DNA from: Leptospirales bacterium
GTDB taxonomy: Bacteria; Spirochaetota; Leptospiria; Turneriellales; JAOUFE01
Assembly (NCBI GenBank): GCA_040326155.1
Contig: JBEQLE010000081.1
Coordinates: 1-17,768 of the forward strand
Direction of reading: 5' to 3'
DNA: 17,768 nt
The stretch's first letter is position 1, and every line of letters begins with the position of its first letter. Under the pieces are notes generated by a model. It saw nothing but the letters and a program-made list of their open reading frames with translations. It searched no databases and was not told where the DNA came from. The position numbers and the translations under genes were made by a program. Below, piece after piece: positions 8,895 to 17,710 of the stretch.

Positions 8895-9800
8895 CTATTT
8901 CCAGTTATATTCGGCGTCGGCAATTAGCTCTCCGTCGTGTATAACCTGAGTGGCTGCATTTGGCATTTCCACTTTAAACGTATCATCCGATTTCAAAACA
9001 TTATTCAGTGTAAACCCGTGAGAACTCATGAACTCTTCAATACTCTCTTTTTTGGAAGTCCAGTTTAACGGTTCACTTTTCAGTTTAAGATAAAGCGGTA
9101 GCAAAGGACCATAGTTGTGTTTACCTTCTTCTTTCGGACGAACAAAGGTAAAAATAAAGTGGCATCCGTTTTTACTGAGCTCTTTTACAGAAGTAAGTAA
9201 AACTCCAATCTCTTCTGGAGTAAGATACATTAAAACGCCTTCCACTATAAAAACAGTACGTAATTTTGGGTCATACCCTTTGTAGCTGGTTAATTTTTCT
9301 TTCAGTGTATCTTTTGTAAAGTCGATGGGAACCAGCGAAAAATTTGTTAATTTGGTACCTGACTCATCTGCCATTTTTTCAATGGCTTCTTTTTTTACAC
9401 GTTGCGTTGCCGGATGATCCATCTCAATAAAATGCACCTTGGAATGGGCAGGCGCCAGACGAGAAAAAAGACTGTCAAAACCGGCACCAAGGTTCACCAC
9501 CTGTGTTGCCCCGCCTGAAATAGCGTTTTCAACAAAACCCTCTATTGTATGTTTGCGTAAAACATAATGAGCAGCAAGCCCCGGCATCAAAAGTTTTTCC
9601 ATAAAAGGAAAAAATACACGATAAACGGCCCCGTTCACTTGATTGTACTTTTTACGTCCCTCTGGTGTAGAATTTAGAACACTTGTATAAAAACTTTTTT
9701 CCTCAGCTTTTACCAGCCCTTTAAATTGTTTACGCCGGTCTGTTAACAAAACTCCCTGAGCTACGCTAAACGCTGTTGAACTTACTTCATTTTCTTCCAT
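8895..9800 (-). CDS. Class I SAM-dependent methyltransferase, leucine-carboxyl-methyltransferase (LCM)/TcmP-like
   Basis: Motifs VSSTA (N-terminal), QVVNLGAGFDS, EMDHP, IDF and EGVLMYL are typical of the LCM family. Good RBS upstream. Confidence 0.85.
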   Translation of the reverse strand: MEENEVSSTAFSVAQGVLLTDRRKQFKGLVKAEEKSFYTSVLNSTPEGRKKYNQVNGAVYRVFFPFMEKLLMPGLAAHYVLRKHTIEGFVENAISGGATQVVNLGAGFDSLFSRLAPAHSKVHFIEMDHPATQRVKKEAIEKMADESGTKLTNFSLVPIDFTKDTLKEKLTSYKGYDPKLRTVFIVEGVLMYLTPEEIGVLLTSVKELSKNGCHFIFTFVRPKEEGKHNYGPLLPLYLKLKSEPLNWTSKKESIEEFMSSHGFTLNNVLKSDDTFKVEMPNAATQVIHDGELIADAEYNWK

Positions 9801-9806
9801 ACTGAA

Positions 9807-9812
9807 ACCTCA
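9807..9812 (-). promoter_or_regulatory. Shine-Dalgarno site of the methyltransferase
   Basis: TGAGGT on the minus strand, 6 nt upstream of the ATG at 9800. Confidence 0.6.
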
Positions 9813-9977
9813 CTATAATTTTTTTATTAAATATATCATAGACAATAATACAAACCAATTTCATATTGCAACCCTTTTTACTTGTTTTGATTTTCGGCTA
9901 TATTGCCATGTTGAGTTGAAGGACTTGTATGTTAACTCGGTCGCTTTACGTACTATATACCAATATTGTATAATTGC

Positions 9978-11156
9978 TTATTCTTTAGCTCGAAACAAAA
10001 GTTTGAAACCGGTTGACCCGACAATTGCCCCGAGCATGGAGCATAAAATAATGCCGTTATAAAATGTTTCGGTAAATATATTTAAAGAATAACCGAGTTG
10101 TCCAATTGCCACAAGCATTGTAAGGGGGGCGGCAAGAATCAGGGTGATGCCTGTAAAGTTTCGAACGGTATGTAAGAGTCCCCGCCCTTTTAATAATGGA
10201 ATAAAGCCAATTGTAATTATACCACGCAGCAGCAATATAATACCATATAACGCCAAAGCGATTAAGAGACTCGATTGAAATCCCCCTGACGTAAAGTGAA
10301 AGTCCCAACCTATTTTTATAAAAAAGAAAGGTATAAAAAAACCATACCCGATGGAAGATAATTTTTTTTCAAGCTCAGCTTTACTTCGAAATACATAAGA
10401 CAAGATCATCCCACCGATAAAAGCTCCGAGTATTAATTCCAGTTTGAAAAAAGCTGCCATGGCAACCATGCTCATTAAAAGTAAAAATGACAACCTGACG
10501 GACAGTTCAGATGTATCGCCATCACCGGACAGGTCCAATACGCTTTTGGGGGACCACCAGAAAAAAAGCAATATCAGTCGAATTAAAACATAGGCGCCCA
10601 GAGCGAGCAACACAACTCCAGAAAGGTTTATCGCGATCGAATATACATCGGCGCCGCCTGAATGTTCATAAACTTCAAATACGATCATACCGATAATACT
10701 GAAGAGTTCCCCGACCGATGTAACCAGTATCAAGTTTTGCCCCAGGGAAGATTTTTCACTTTTGGCATTTTTTAGCGCAATAAAGGGCACCCCTACGGAG
10801 ATGGCCGTTATCGGTAATATAACATATATGCCGATAGGTTGTCCGATAAAATACCAGACAATGTAAGATATTACATATAAAAGTATGAGCGCGAGACCCG
10901 CCATGAGTATTTTTTCTCTTGAGAAAAAGTCAAAATTTATTTCGAGGCCGGCTAAAAAGAGTAAAAAGATAAACCCCATTTGTGAAAGAAAGTCAATTAA
11001 GTAAAGGTCTTCTGGCGCATTGGTAAAAAAGGATTGAACCGCCATTCCAAATATAATTTCACCAACTATTCCGGGTATGAACAACCACCGGTTTATAATG
11101 GGAACAAAGAAAGCCCCGAGGGCGAATATAAAAAGGTATATTGCAAATGAATCCAT
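9978..11156 (-). CDS. Cation:proton antiporter, CPA2 (KefB/KhtU-like) membrane subunit
   Basis: 392 aa, almost wholly hydrophobic, with motifs P-x-IVGEIIFG, LLFLAGLE, LGAFIGG and GFFIPFFFI-x-IG. Confidence 0.88.
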   Translation of the reverse strand: MDSFAIYLFIFALGAFFVPIINRWLFIPGIVGEIIFGMAVQSFFTNAPEDLYLIDFLSQMGFIFLLFLAGLEINFDFFSREKILMAGLALILLYVISYIVWYFIGQPIGIYVILPITAISVGVPFIALKNAKSEKSSLGQNLILVTSVGELFSIIGMIVFEVYEHSGGADVYSIAINLSGVVLLALGAYVLIRLILLFFWWSPKSVLDLSGDGDTSELSVRLSFLLLMSMVAMAAFFKLELILGAFIGGMILSYVFRSKAELEKKLSSIGYGFFIPFFFIKIGWDFHFTSGGFQSSLLIALALYGIILLLRGIITIGFIPLLKGRGLLHTVRNFTGITLILAAPLTMLVAIGQLGYSLNIFTETFYNGIILCSMLGAIVGSTGFKLLFRAKE

Positions 11157-11160
11157 CTGT

Positions 11161-12696
11161 TTAAACCGGCAAAAGTAATATACTGCCTCGAAATTTTTTC
11201 GCGAGAAGTTTTTCCGGTATGGGGGGATTTAAAAACCTCGCTTTTTTTTCTACAGGGTAGGATAAAACGAGAAGTTCATTAGTGGGAACGACTTTTAAAG
11301 TTTCGTGTACGGGATTGCCAGTGACGATTTTTTCTTCTATTAGTAATCCGTAAAGCGCCGCCAACTCTTGTACCGACTGTAAAGCATTTTCAAGCGCCGT
11401 TAATTTTTCTGAACTTGTTATTTCTTCAGGTGGATTTACGAGTACCGCACGCACAGGTAATTCAAACTTTTTGGCGGCGTCGAGAGCCAACTCGGCCGCT
11501 CGCAGTGAACCTTCTATGTCGGAAACGTATATCGTTATTCGGGTCAGGGACTCTTTGTCGCCTTTCATAAACCACACAGGAGAGTTATTTTTTCTGGCTT
11601 CATTTAGTAGTTTCTTTTGAAACAACCATCTGTGTTTTACGCGATGAAAATAACTATTTGGCTCTTTATATAAAATAAGACCAAACCGGTTCGCCTGGAA
11701 TAAAGAACTTAAATAGGCTCTTAAACGAAAAGGACTGGAAGTGTGGTATTTAATATTTTTGACCATATGTTCTGGCCAGGTATCGGGGTAATCTACCGAT
11801 TGTACGGACTCTCTGAGTTCTTCGGTTCCAGTCAGGAAGGCTACATCGGTTGGTTCCATATTCTTTAGTAACCATTCAAACTCTTCTTCAAGATGAAGGG
11901 CAGATTTTGAATCGAGGCTCATGACCAGGACCAGGTCTCCATGTCTTTGTGGAAAAACTGACGCCCCCGCTTTTAAATACTGGGCTGTCGAACGCAGTAA
12001 ATATGGATCGCCGATGAGTATTATTTTATCGCCGGTTTTTGGCACCGTGTTTCCATTGGGTATAATAAACTTATCTTCTTTAGATACCTCAAAATTTCTT
12101 AAATAAGCAAGAGCTGAGCTTAAACCAAGTTTATGTTTAGGACGGTAAATAGCCCCAATAATCCATTGTTTTGGCGGTAGGTCTTTGAGTGGTTTTCCAA
12201 CCAGGGGGGAACTACTGGTTAACTCGATCTGGATAATCTCACCTAACCCTTTGCCAATATTTAAAGCTACGGTTTCTCCAAAGTTCATCTGGTTTAAAAT
12301 CATATTAGCCATTGTCTCGTATGGAGTTACGACAAAGGTTCCGGTTTGGCGAATAGTTTCAGCTAACTTTTGGTTATTTATTCTGACAAATATATTTTTC
12401 AGTTTAAACCGTTTTTTAAGTATATTAATGATCTCTTCGCAGGTCTCATCATCATTTATGGTTATTAGAATCTGGTACGCAGTTCCGATGCTGGCTCTTT
12501 CGAGGGTGATATAACTACTTGCATCGCCCTCAATTAAAATAACCGTGTCGGTGTGTTCTTTTTCAATAAAAATAGATTTCAATTTTTTAGGATTTATATC
12601 GATTACAGTTAATCGCCAGGAAGCTTTTAACCTTTCCGTCAATATTCTTCCCGTTCTACCGGCCCCTATTATTCCAATCAGTGGTTTATTACTCAT
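11161..12696 (-). CDS. RCK (TrkA-N + TrkA-C) regulatory protein with C-terminal universal-stress-protein-like domain
   Basis: N-terminal Rossmann motif GIIGAGRTG and GDAS...LERASI. TrkA-C motifs SPLVGKPLKDL and IPNGNTV...GDKI. C-terminal GSLRAAELALDAAKK...GNPV resembles USP. Lies 4 bp upstream of the antiporter. Confidence 0.8.
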   Translation of the reverse strand: MSNKPLIGIIGAGRTGRILTERLKASWRLTVIDINPKKLKSIFIEKEHTDTVILIEGDASSYITLERASIGTAYQILITINDDETCEEIINILKKRFKLKNIFVRINNQKLAETIRQTGTFVVTPYETMANMILNQMNFGETVALNIGKGLGEIIQIELTSSSPLVGKPLKDLPPKQWIIGAIYRPKHKLGLSSALAYLRNFEVSKEDKFIIPNGNTVPKTGDKIILIGDPYLLRSTAQYLKAGASVFPQRHGDLVLVMSLDSKSALHLEEEFEWLLKNMEPTDVAFLTGTEELRESVQSVDYPDTWPEHMVKNIKYHTSSPFRLRAYLSSLFQANRFGLILYKEPNSYFHRVKHRWLFQKKLLNEARKNNSPVWFMKGDKESLTRITIYVSDIEGSLRAAELALDAAKKFELPVRAVLVNPPEEITSSEKLTALENALQSVQELAALYGLLIEEKIVTGNPVHETLKVVPTNELLVLSYPVEKKARFLNPPIPEKLLAKKFRGSILLLPV

Positions 12697-12910
12697 AATT
12701 ATATTTGACGCTGTTCTTGACCGGTTTGGTCATTGTTTTTGGACTCCATATTTGTATGAATCTATAATCTCTGTAAAGCGTCAACTTTTTAAACGGCTTT
12801 ATTTGTATCTATTCATAGAAAATTACCAGTAAAGTTCATTTCTATTGATCATATCTATTTTTTACACCTTTTGGCAAAAAAAAACCGCATACTACCACGG
12901 TAATATAAAA

Positions 12911-13005
12911 GGGGAAGCGGAGGACCGGGCGGGGCTTGCCCCGCTTGGGCCGTAGCGGGGGGAAAATGAATAATACGGGAAGAAAACCAGGCGATTTCCC
13001 CGCTT
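12911..13005. repeat. GC-rich palindromic cluster (REP-like or terminator-like hairpins)
   Basis: Perfect hairpin GCGGGG-CTTG-CCCCGC (12929-12944). AAGCGG (12915-12920) pairs with CCGCTT (12941-12946), and AGCGGGG (12954-12960) pairs with CCCCGCT (12998-13004). The surrounding intergenic DNA is AT-rich. Confidence 0.55.
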
Positions 13006-13027
13006 ATAGCTTAAAATTTCGACTTTG

Positions 13028-14140
13028 TCAGGTGGGTAATTTCTCATCTAGGTATTTAAAATAAATGTCCGTGATGGTTAAAAACACAGCAATAATCAGG
13101 GGACCATAAAAAATCCCTATGATGCCAAAGGCGGACATTCCGCCGATAATGCTGAAAAACATTAAAAAGGAATTCATGCTGACATGCTTACCCATAAACA
13201 GGGGCTTAAACCAGTTTTCGGTAACAAGGGAAACTACCGTGCAATATATAAAAAGAATAATTGCAGCCGTTGTCTGCCCTTGAAAAAAAAGATAGAGTGA
13301 GGCGGGTACCGAAATTACTGAAATTCCAACCAGGGGAATAAAGGCGAGCACAATCATGGTGGTTGTCCATAAAGTTAAAGATTCAAACCCCGCTATCCAG
13401 AAACCAATGCCGGCAAGCCCACCCTGGATGACTCCTCCAATCCCATTAAAAACAAGGGTGGCAAAATTCATTTTGTTTACCGTATCGATAATTCGTTCTT
13501 CGTGTTCGTCCTTCAAAGGAAACAGTTTCAAAAAGTAAACTTTTAGACTTGGTCCTTCCAGAAAAATTGCATATATAAGAATTTGCATCAACAAAAGAGA
13601 AAACAAAAATTGTAGTAGATTGCTCAACAATGCGTTCAGAGAATCCAACGCTAAAACCAGACCCGATTTCAGACTGGCATTAATCCACTTCTCAACTTCT
13701 ACCGGTGTAAATTCAATACCAAAATAACCAAGAGTTGACTTGAGCCCGCCGGCAAAAGCGTGGTCCCCGAAAAGAATATTCCCGATAAAGTCACTTCCCC
13801 CCTCCCCTTGAATAAAATTATAAATGCCAAAAACCTCTTTTGCAAGTTGTGTAATAATATAGATAAAGGGAAGAGTAATTACAAGCAAAATAAATACCGA
13901 GAGAATCATCGAGCTGACTTTGCGGCTAAGTCCCGTTTTTCTCATAAGCAGGTTCAACAGGGGGTAAAAAGCGCCGGCAATAATAAAACCCATAATGGCC
14001 GGAGTTAGATAATCGTATACGGTATAAATAACGAGCAACCCCGAAAGAGATAGAATAATTAAAAAAGCCCTCTGTTGTGACCCCGTAGAAACTCCACGCG
14101 CCTTCGCAGCCCTGTTTTTATTTTTCTTCTGTGAACTCAT
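13028..14140 (-). CDS. AI-2E family (PerM/TqsA-like) permease
   Basis: Multi-TM protein with motifs AFIPLVG, ENWFKP and GGMSAFGIIGIFYGP. The start is uncertain: ATG 14140 chosen, alternatives are ATG 14161 and GTG 14197. Confidence 0.88.
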   Translation of the reverse strand: MSSQKKNKNRAAKARGVSTGSQQRAFLIILSLSGLLVIYTVYDYLTPAIMGFIIAGAFYPLLNLLMRKTGLSRKVSSMILSVFILLVITLPFIYIITQLAKEVFGIYNFIQGEGGSDFIGNILFGDHAFAGGLKSTLGYFGIEFTPVEVEKWINASLKSGLVLALDSLNALLSNLLQFLFSLLLMQILIYAIFLEGPSLKVYFLKLFPLKDEHEERIIDTVNKMNFATLVFNGIGGVIQGGLAGIGFWIAGFESLTLWTTTMIVLAFIPLVGISVISVPASLYLFFQGQTTAAIILFIYCTVVSLVTENWFKPLFMGKHVSMNSFLMFFSIIGGMSAFGIIGIFYGPLIIAVFLTITDIYFKYLDEKLPT

Positions 14141-14201
14141 CGAACTTTTTAAAGAACTCATGCAAGGACATATACTATTTACATTTGGCTGCTGCACCTG
14201 T

Positions 14202-14217
14202 TATTTTCAATGGGGGG
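14202..14217 (+). repeat. 16-bp direct repeat, copy 1 (TATTTTCAATGGGGGG)
   Basis: Exact match to 17652-17667. Confidence 0.85.
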
Positions 14218-14381
14218 GGGATGGGAGTAGCGAGCCTCCAGGTATTGATTCTCTAAATGGAAACTTGTGGCTGCGCGTTTTGAATATATTATTATAGTGA
14301 CAGGTATTTCTCCTATTCCAGAATATTAAAGTGTCTTTGAATCTTCTTTACGGGACATATATGCCTTAAAATAGAAACTAC

Positions 14382-15344
14382 ATGGAAAAATTAGAATTTT
14401 ATTTTATTCTGTTATATATTTTAATTTTATTGTATGTATGCTTTGATCTTTACAATAAAATAGACTTTCGTTCAGAAATGCTAATTCAAAAATTTAATGA
14501 ACGGTTTAGAATTTACTGGGCAAAAATTTCAAGTAAGACGATAAAATCGCCTGGAAGACCACCAGTTTCGGATGAAACTAAAGCAATTATAAAGAAAATG
14601 CTTTTAGAAAATTTTCTAATAGGCGGTCTTCGTATTTATATGAATCTAATTCAGCTCGGAATTCACGACGCTTCTCTCTCTTCTGTTTATAGAATTATTA
14701 GAAATTTTAAAATTAATTTGCACCCGGAAAAGTCACAGACCTGGAAAACTTTTTTATACAACTCCAGAGTTGTTGCAATGGATTTTCTAACAGTGCAAGT
14801 TGAGATGGCTAAAGAGCGTTTTCGTCCGTTGTATATTTATATTATTATGGATCATGAACGAAGAAAAGTTATTCATTACAACTGTACTTTTGAACCAAAT
14901 GAAGACTGGGTTGTACAACAACTTAAACACTGTTTTGGTGATGAGCATAATTACAAGTATATGGTTCATGATCGGGACTCTGCGTTTATGCACAGAGTTA
15001 AAGAAGCCTTACCGGTATATTTTGATATTGAATCAAAGCCAACGGCTCCCCAATCTCCATGGCAAAATCCTTTTGTTGAAAGCTTCAATGGTACATTACG
15101 CAGAGAACTTTTAAATCACGTTATTGTAAAAGATGAGTTTCATTTACGAAAGTTACTCAATGAATACATTGAATTTTATAATAATCACAGAATGCATTCC
15201 GGGTTGATGGATTCGCCCGAAGGTGGAACTATTCAAAAAAGGCCACAAGGCGCAAAACTAAAATCCAGATCTGTGTTAAACGGTTTGCATCATATTTACT
15301 ATTGGTCAGGCAACGAGCCAGACCGCATCAATAGAACAGCTTAA
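14382..15344 (+). CDS. Integrase-core (rve) DDE transposase
   Basis: PGRPP followed by an HTH-like region. Catalytic motifs AMDFL, HDRD and PWQNPFVESFNGTLRRE, then YNNHRMHSGL and C-terminal LNGLHH-x-Y. Confidence 0.9.
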   Translation: MEKLEFYFILLYILILLYVCFDLYNKIDFRSEMLIQKFNERFRIYWAKISSKTIKSPGRPPVSDETKAIIKKMLLENFLIGGLRIYMNLIQLGIHDASLSSVYRIIRNFKINLHPEKSQTWKTFLYNSRVVAMDFLTVQVEMAKERFRPLYIYIIMDHERRKVIHYNCTFEPNEDWVVQQLKHCFGDEHNYKYMVHDRDSAFMHRVKEALPVYFDIESKPTAPQSPWQNPFVESFNGTLRRELLNHVIVKDEFHLRKLLNEYIEFYNNHRMHSGLMDSPEGGTIQKRPQGAKLKSRSVLNGLHHIYYWSGNEPDRINRTA

Positions 15345-15567
15345 GTTTTTCTAGTAAAGCAGTTTGTTTTGCAAAAGAGTGATCCGTCTAACCCAAAAAC
15401 CAGTTGATCTTTTATCATATATATGCCTCTATTTATTATCACTCTTACAACTTATATTTAATTATTTTAGCAGATTCAAAGTTTTGACGAATATTCACAA
15501 AAAACAATGTTTTATTGAGTAAAATCACGTTGCCCGCCGCATATGAGACCTTTTTGACACGGATCAG

Positions 15568-17654
15568 GTAGTATTCCATCGACAGCGTTCCCAGGTTGTC
15601 TGTTGCGGGGTCTAAATAGGGGCCCCAGACTTTTTTTGTTCTTCCGAAGCTGTCATATTTATAGTTTATAAAATTTCCGTTTAAATCTGTAACCCTGATC
15701 ACTGTGCCTAGTTTATAGTCATACTCTGAAAGTGACTTATAACCGAAGGAATCGGTTACTTTTACAATATGGGTTTTGACTATGTTGTCGTAGTTGTAAA
15801 ATATTTCATAGTTGTTTGGGTCTGTCAGTCTGACTATATTCCCTTCGTTGTTGTAGCCGATCTCTGTTTTTGCCCACTTGTTTTTTGAGGCCAGGTAGAC
15901 TTCGAAGCTGGTCAGGTTTCCTTTGGCGTCATATCCGGCTCTTCTTTTTCTTAAAATTTTTCCACGGTTTCTTACGGTTACTTCTTCGGGTTTCCCCATG
16001 GAGTATATGCCTGGGTCATATTTGTAATCGATTAACAAGTCTGTATCGTCTGAAGCAATTTTGTCGTCTCCGTAGTCAATTTCTCTGGTGATGTTTGCAT
16101 ATTCGTCGTATTCGTAGTTGACTTCGTTTATTTTGGGGCCACCACTTTTTTCGTAGTAGTATGTTTTTTGTATGGTGGCGGCCGGAAAGGCTGAGAGAAG
16201 TTTTCCTGATATTACGACCTCGTTTTTTAGTTCATATGTGGTTTCGTTTTTTCTGTATACGAATCCGTCTTTGGCTCTTACTTCATTATAATAAGCAAGT
16301 CCTTTCATGTGATAACTGTCATTATGGTACTTTGTAAATGAGGACGATCCATCGGGGCGGGTTTCTTTTACCGATTTATAACCATAGGGTACTCTTTCGT
16401 CTCGGTCGTATTTGCCGGCTCCGTATTCGTAGTTTGTGGTGTACTTGTCTTCTGTTTTTCCTTCTGTGGTTGTTACGCCATTTATTACTGTTGTTTTTGA
16501 AAGTACATAAGAGCTGTTTGGGTTGGCTTTGGTGTTTCCTTTTCTTTCGTAATCGAATGTTAAGGTGTAGCCTAACGGTCCGTTCACTTTTTTTAGCAGG
16601 TTGGTTTTTCCGTTTCCGTTTACTCTGGCCTGTATTTTATTGTTTCCTGTATTTTTAAATACGTGGTCTACCAATCCGTCTCCATTTATATCCATCATGC
16701 TGACATAACCTGAGGTTGTTCCTAGTGACGCGCCTAGTCCGAAAGTTATTGTCAGAAAAATTACTGGTATCCCAAGTTTAAGACTTCCGTTGGCCGATAC
16801 TGAAAAGTTTCCCGAGTATCCTACGATGTCGCCGTTTACTAACGGTTTTAAACTTTGCGTTGGAAATTTTAATGTATTCAATAAGGAGCCAAAGTATTGA
16901 CTTGGTGAGGATTCCCATCCGGGTACATAGTATTTTACTGCTTCTCCGAACGATGTTCCTGTGTTAAAAGCGACTAAAAAATAGTTGCTTCCACTGCTTT
17001 TCGTTACATAGTCGGGTAAGCCGTCGCCGTTTATATCTACAAAAGTTGCTTCTGTTCTTGTGACTGCGAACGAACCGGTTAATCCTCCACTGCTTACATA
17101 CCCAGTTGATGTGGTTGAGTAGTTGAAACCTTCTCCATTGGAACCGGGTAGAACTGTGTTTTTCAGGTCGGACCTTGGCGCGTCACCTTTTACGACATCC
17201 CATACGTTTATTGTTTTTGCAAATTTCCAGTTTTCTTCTTTTGATGAAAAGTTGTCGCCCAGGTTCAGGCGTACTTTTATTGTATTGTTGCCTTTGTTCC
17301 AATTTACGTGGTCTGGTAGTCCGTCGCCGTTTATGTCCATTAACATGTATTTTGTTATGGAGGTTCCGTATGTATAACCACCACCTAATCCTGAAATAAA
17401 TTTTTTGGCTTTTACTGAAAATCCCGATGCGTCTGATTCATACAATGTGGTATCTGGGTCTTTGCCCTTGAGGTTTGGTAAACTCAAACCTAATGATATA
17501 CTTGCATTCGTACTTTCATTGATATTTTCACCCAGGGTATGCGAGAATGTTTCTGAGCGACCAAAGCCTATTCCGCCTTCATTAAATTTTACCTTTAGCT
17601 CATTCGCCCCTTTTTTCCTTTGTACCTGGTCTGGGTATCTGTCTCCGTTCATAT
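15568..17654 (-). pseudogene. Internal fragment of a large FG-GAP / TcdB-middle / YD-repeat (RHS, Tc-toxin B/C-like) gene, truncated at both ends (ORF track 15445..17691)
   Basis: Four DxNGDxxxD motifs (the first is cut to NMNGDRYPD), a TcdB-midN-like segment NLLKKV...YDRDER.PYGY and YD repeats (YDEYAN, YDAKGN, YDSFGR). No N-terminal SpvB-like region and no RHS core or tip. The ORF's first ~13 and last ~41 codons come from non-RHS flanking DNA. Confidence 0.75.
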
Positions 17655-17667
17655 TTTCAATGGGGGG
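17652..17667 (+). repeat. 16-bp direct repeat, copy 2 (TATTTTCAATGGGGGG)
   Basis: Exact match to 14202-14217, located at the 5' breakpoint of the RHS-like fragment. Confidence 0.85.
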
Positions 17668-17710
17668 AAGTTTCCCCCCTCGCCCGCACATGGTTGCGGC
17701 CTACCCCCTA
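17662..17710. repeat. GC-rich double hairpin, possible end of a repeated or mobile element
   Basis: GGGGGGA-AGTT-TCCCCCC (17662-17679) and CCGCA-CATGGT-TGCGG (17684-17699), then CCTACCCCCTAC (GTAGGGGGTAGG on the minus strand). Confidence 0.55.

Larger units (their letters stand above)
14199..15566 (+). mobile_element. Probable insertion sequence carrying an integrase-core DDE transposase (IS3/IS481-superfamily-like); ends tentative
   Basis: Contains the transposase gene. Candidate TG...CA termini lie within ACCTG (14196-14200) and CAGGT (15565-15569), with weak inverted similarity (TGTTATTTTCAA vs TGATCCGTGTCAA). The right end coincides with loss of RHS-like sequence in the neighbouring ORF. 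No target-site duplication seen. Confidence 0.5.

Noticed and set aside
12950..13010. c-di-AMP (ydaO) riboswitch suggested by AGCGGGGG upstream of K+ transport genes
   Set aside because: The best match is on the wrong strand, and the other conserved blocks (GGGGTGAAT, CAGCTAAC) are absent.
15380..15566. MITE bounded by TGATCCGT/ACGGATCA
   Set aside because: Only an 8-bp inverted match with no target duplication; more simply part of the IS right end or chance.
14202..17667. CRISPR repeats (the minus strand of the 16-mer contains ATTGAAA)
   Set aside because: Only two copies 3450 bp apart, with no spacer periodicity and no cas genes.
15445..17691. Complete 748 aa protein as given by the ORF track
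   Set aside because: The start lies inside the hairpin element and the C-terminal ~41 residues are read from the IS end, so it is treated as a truncated fragment.
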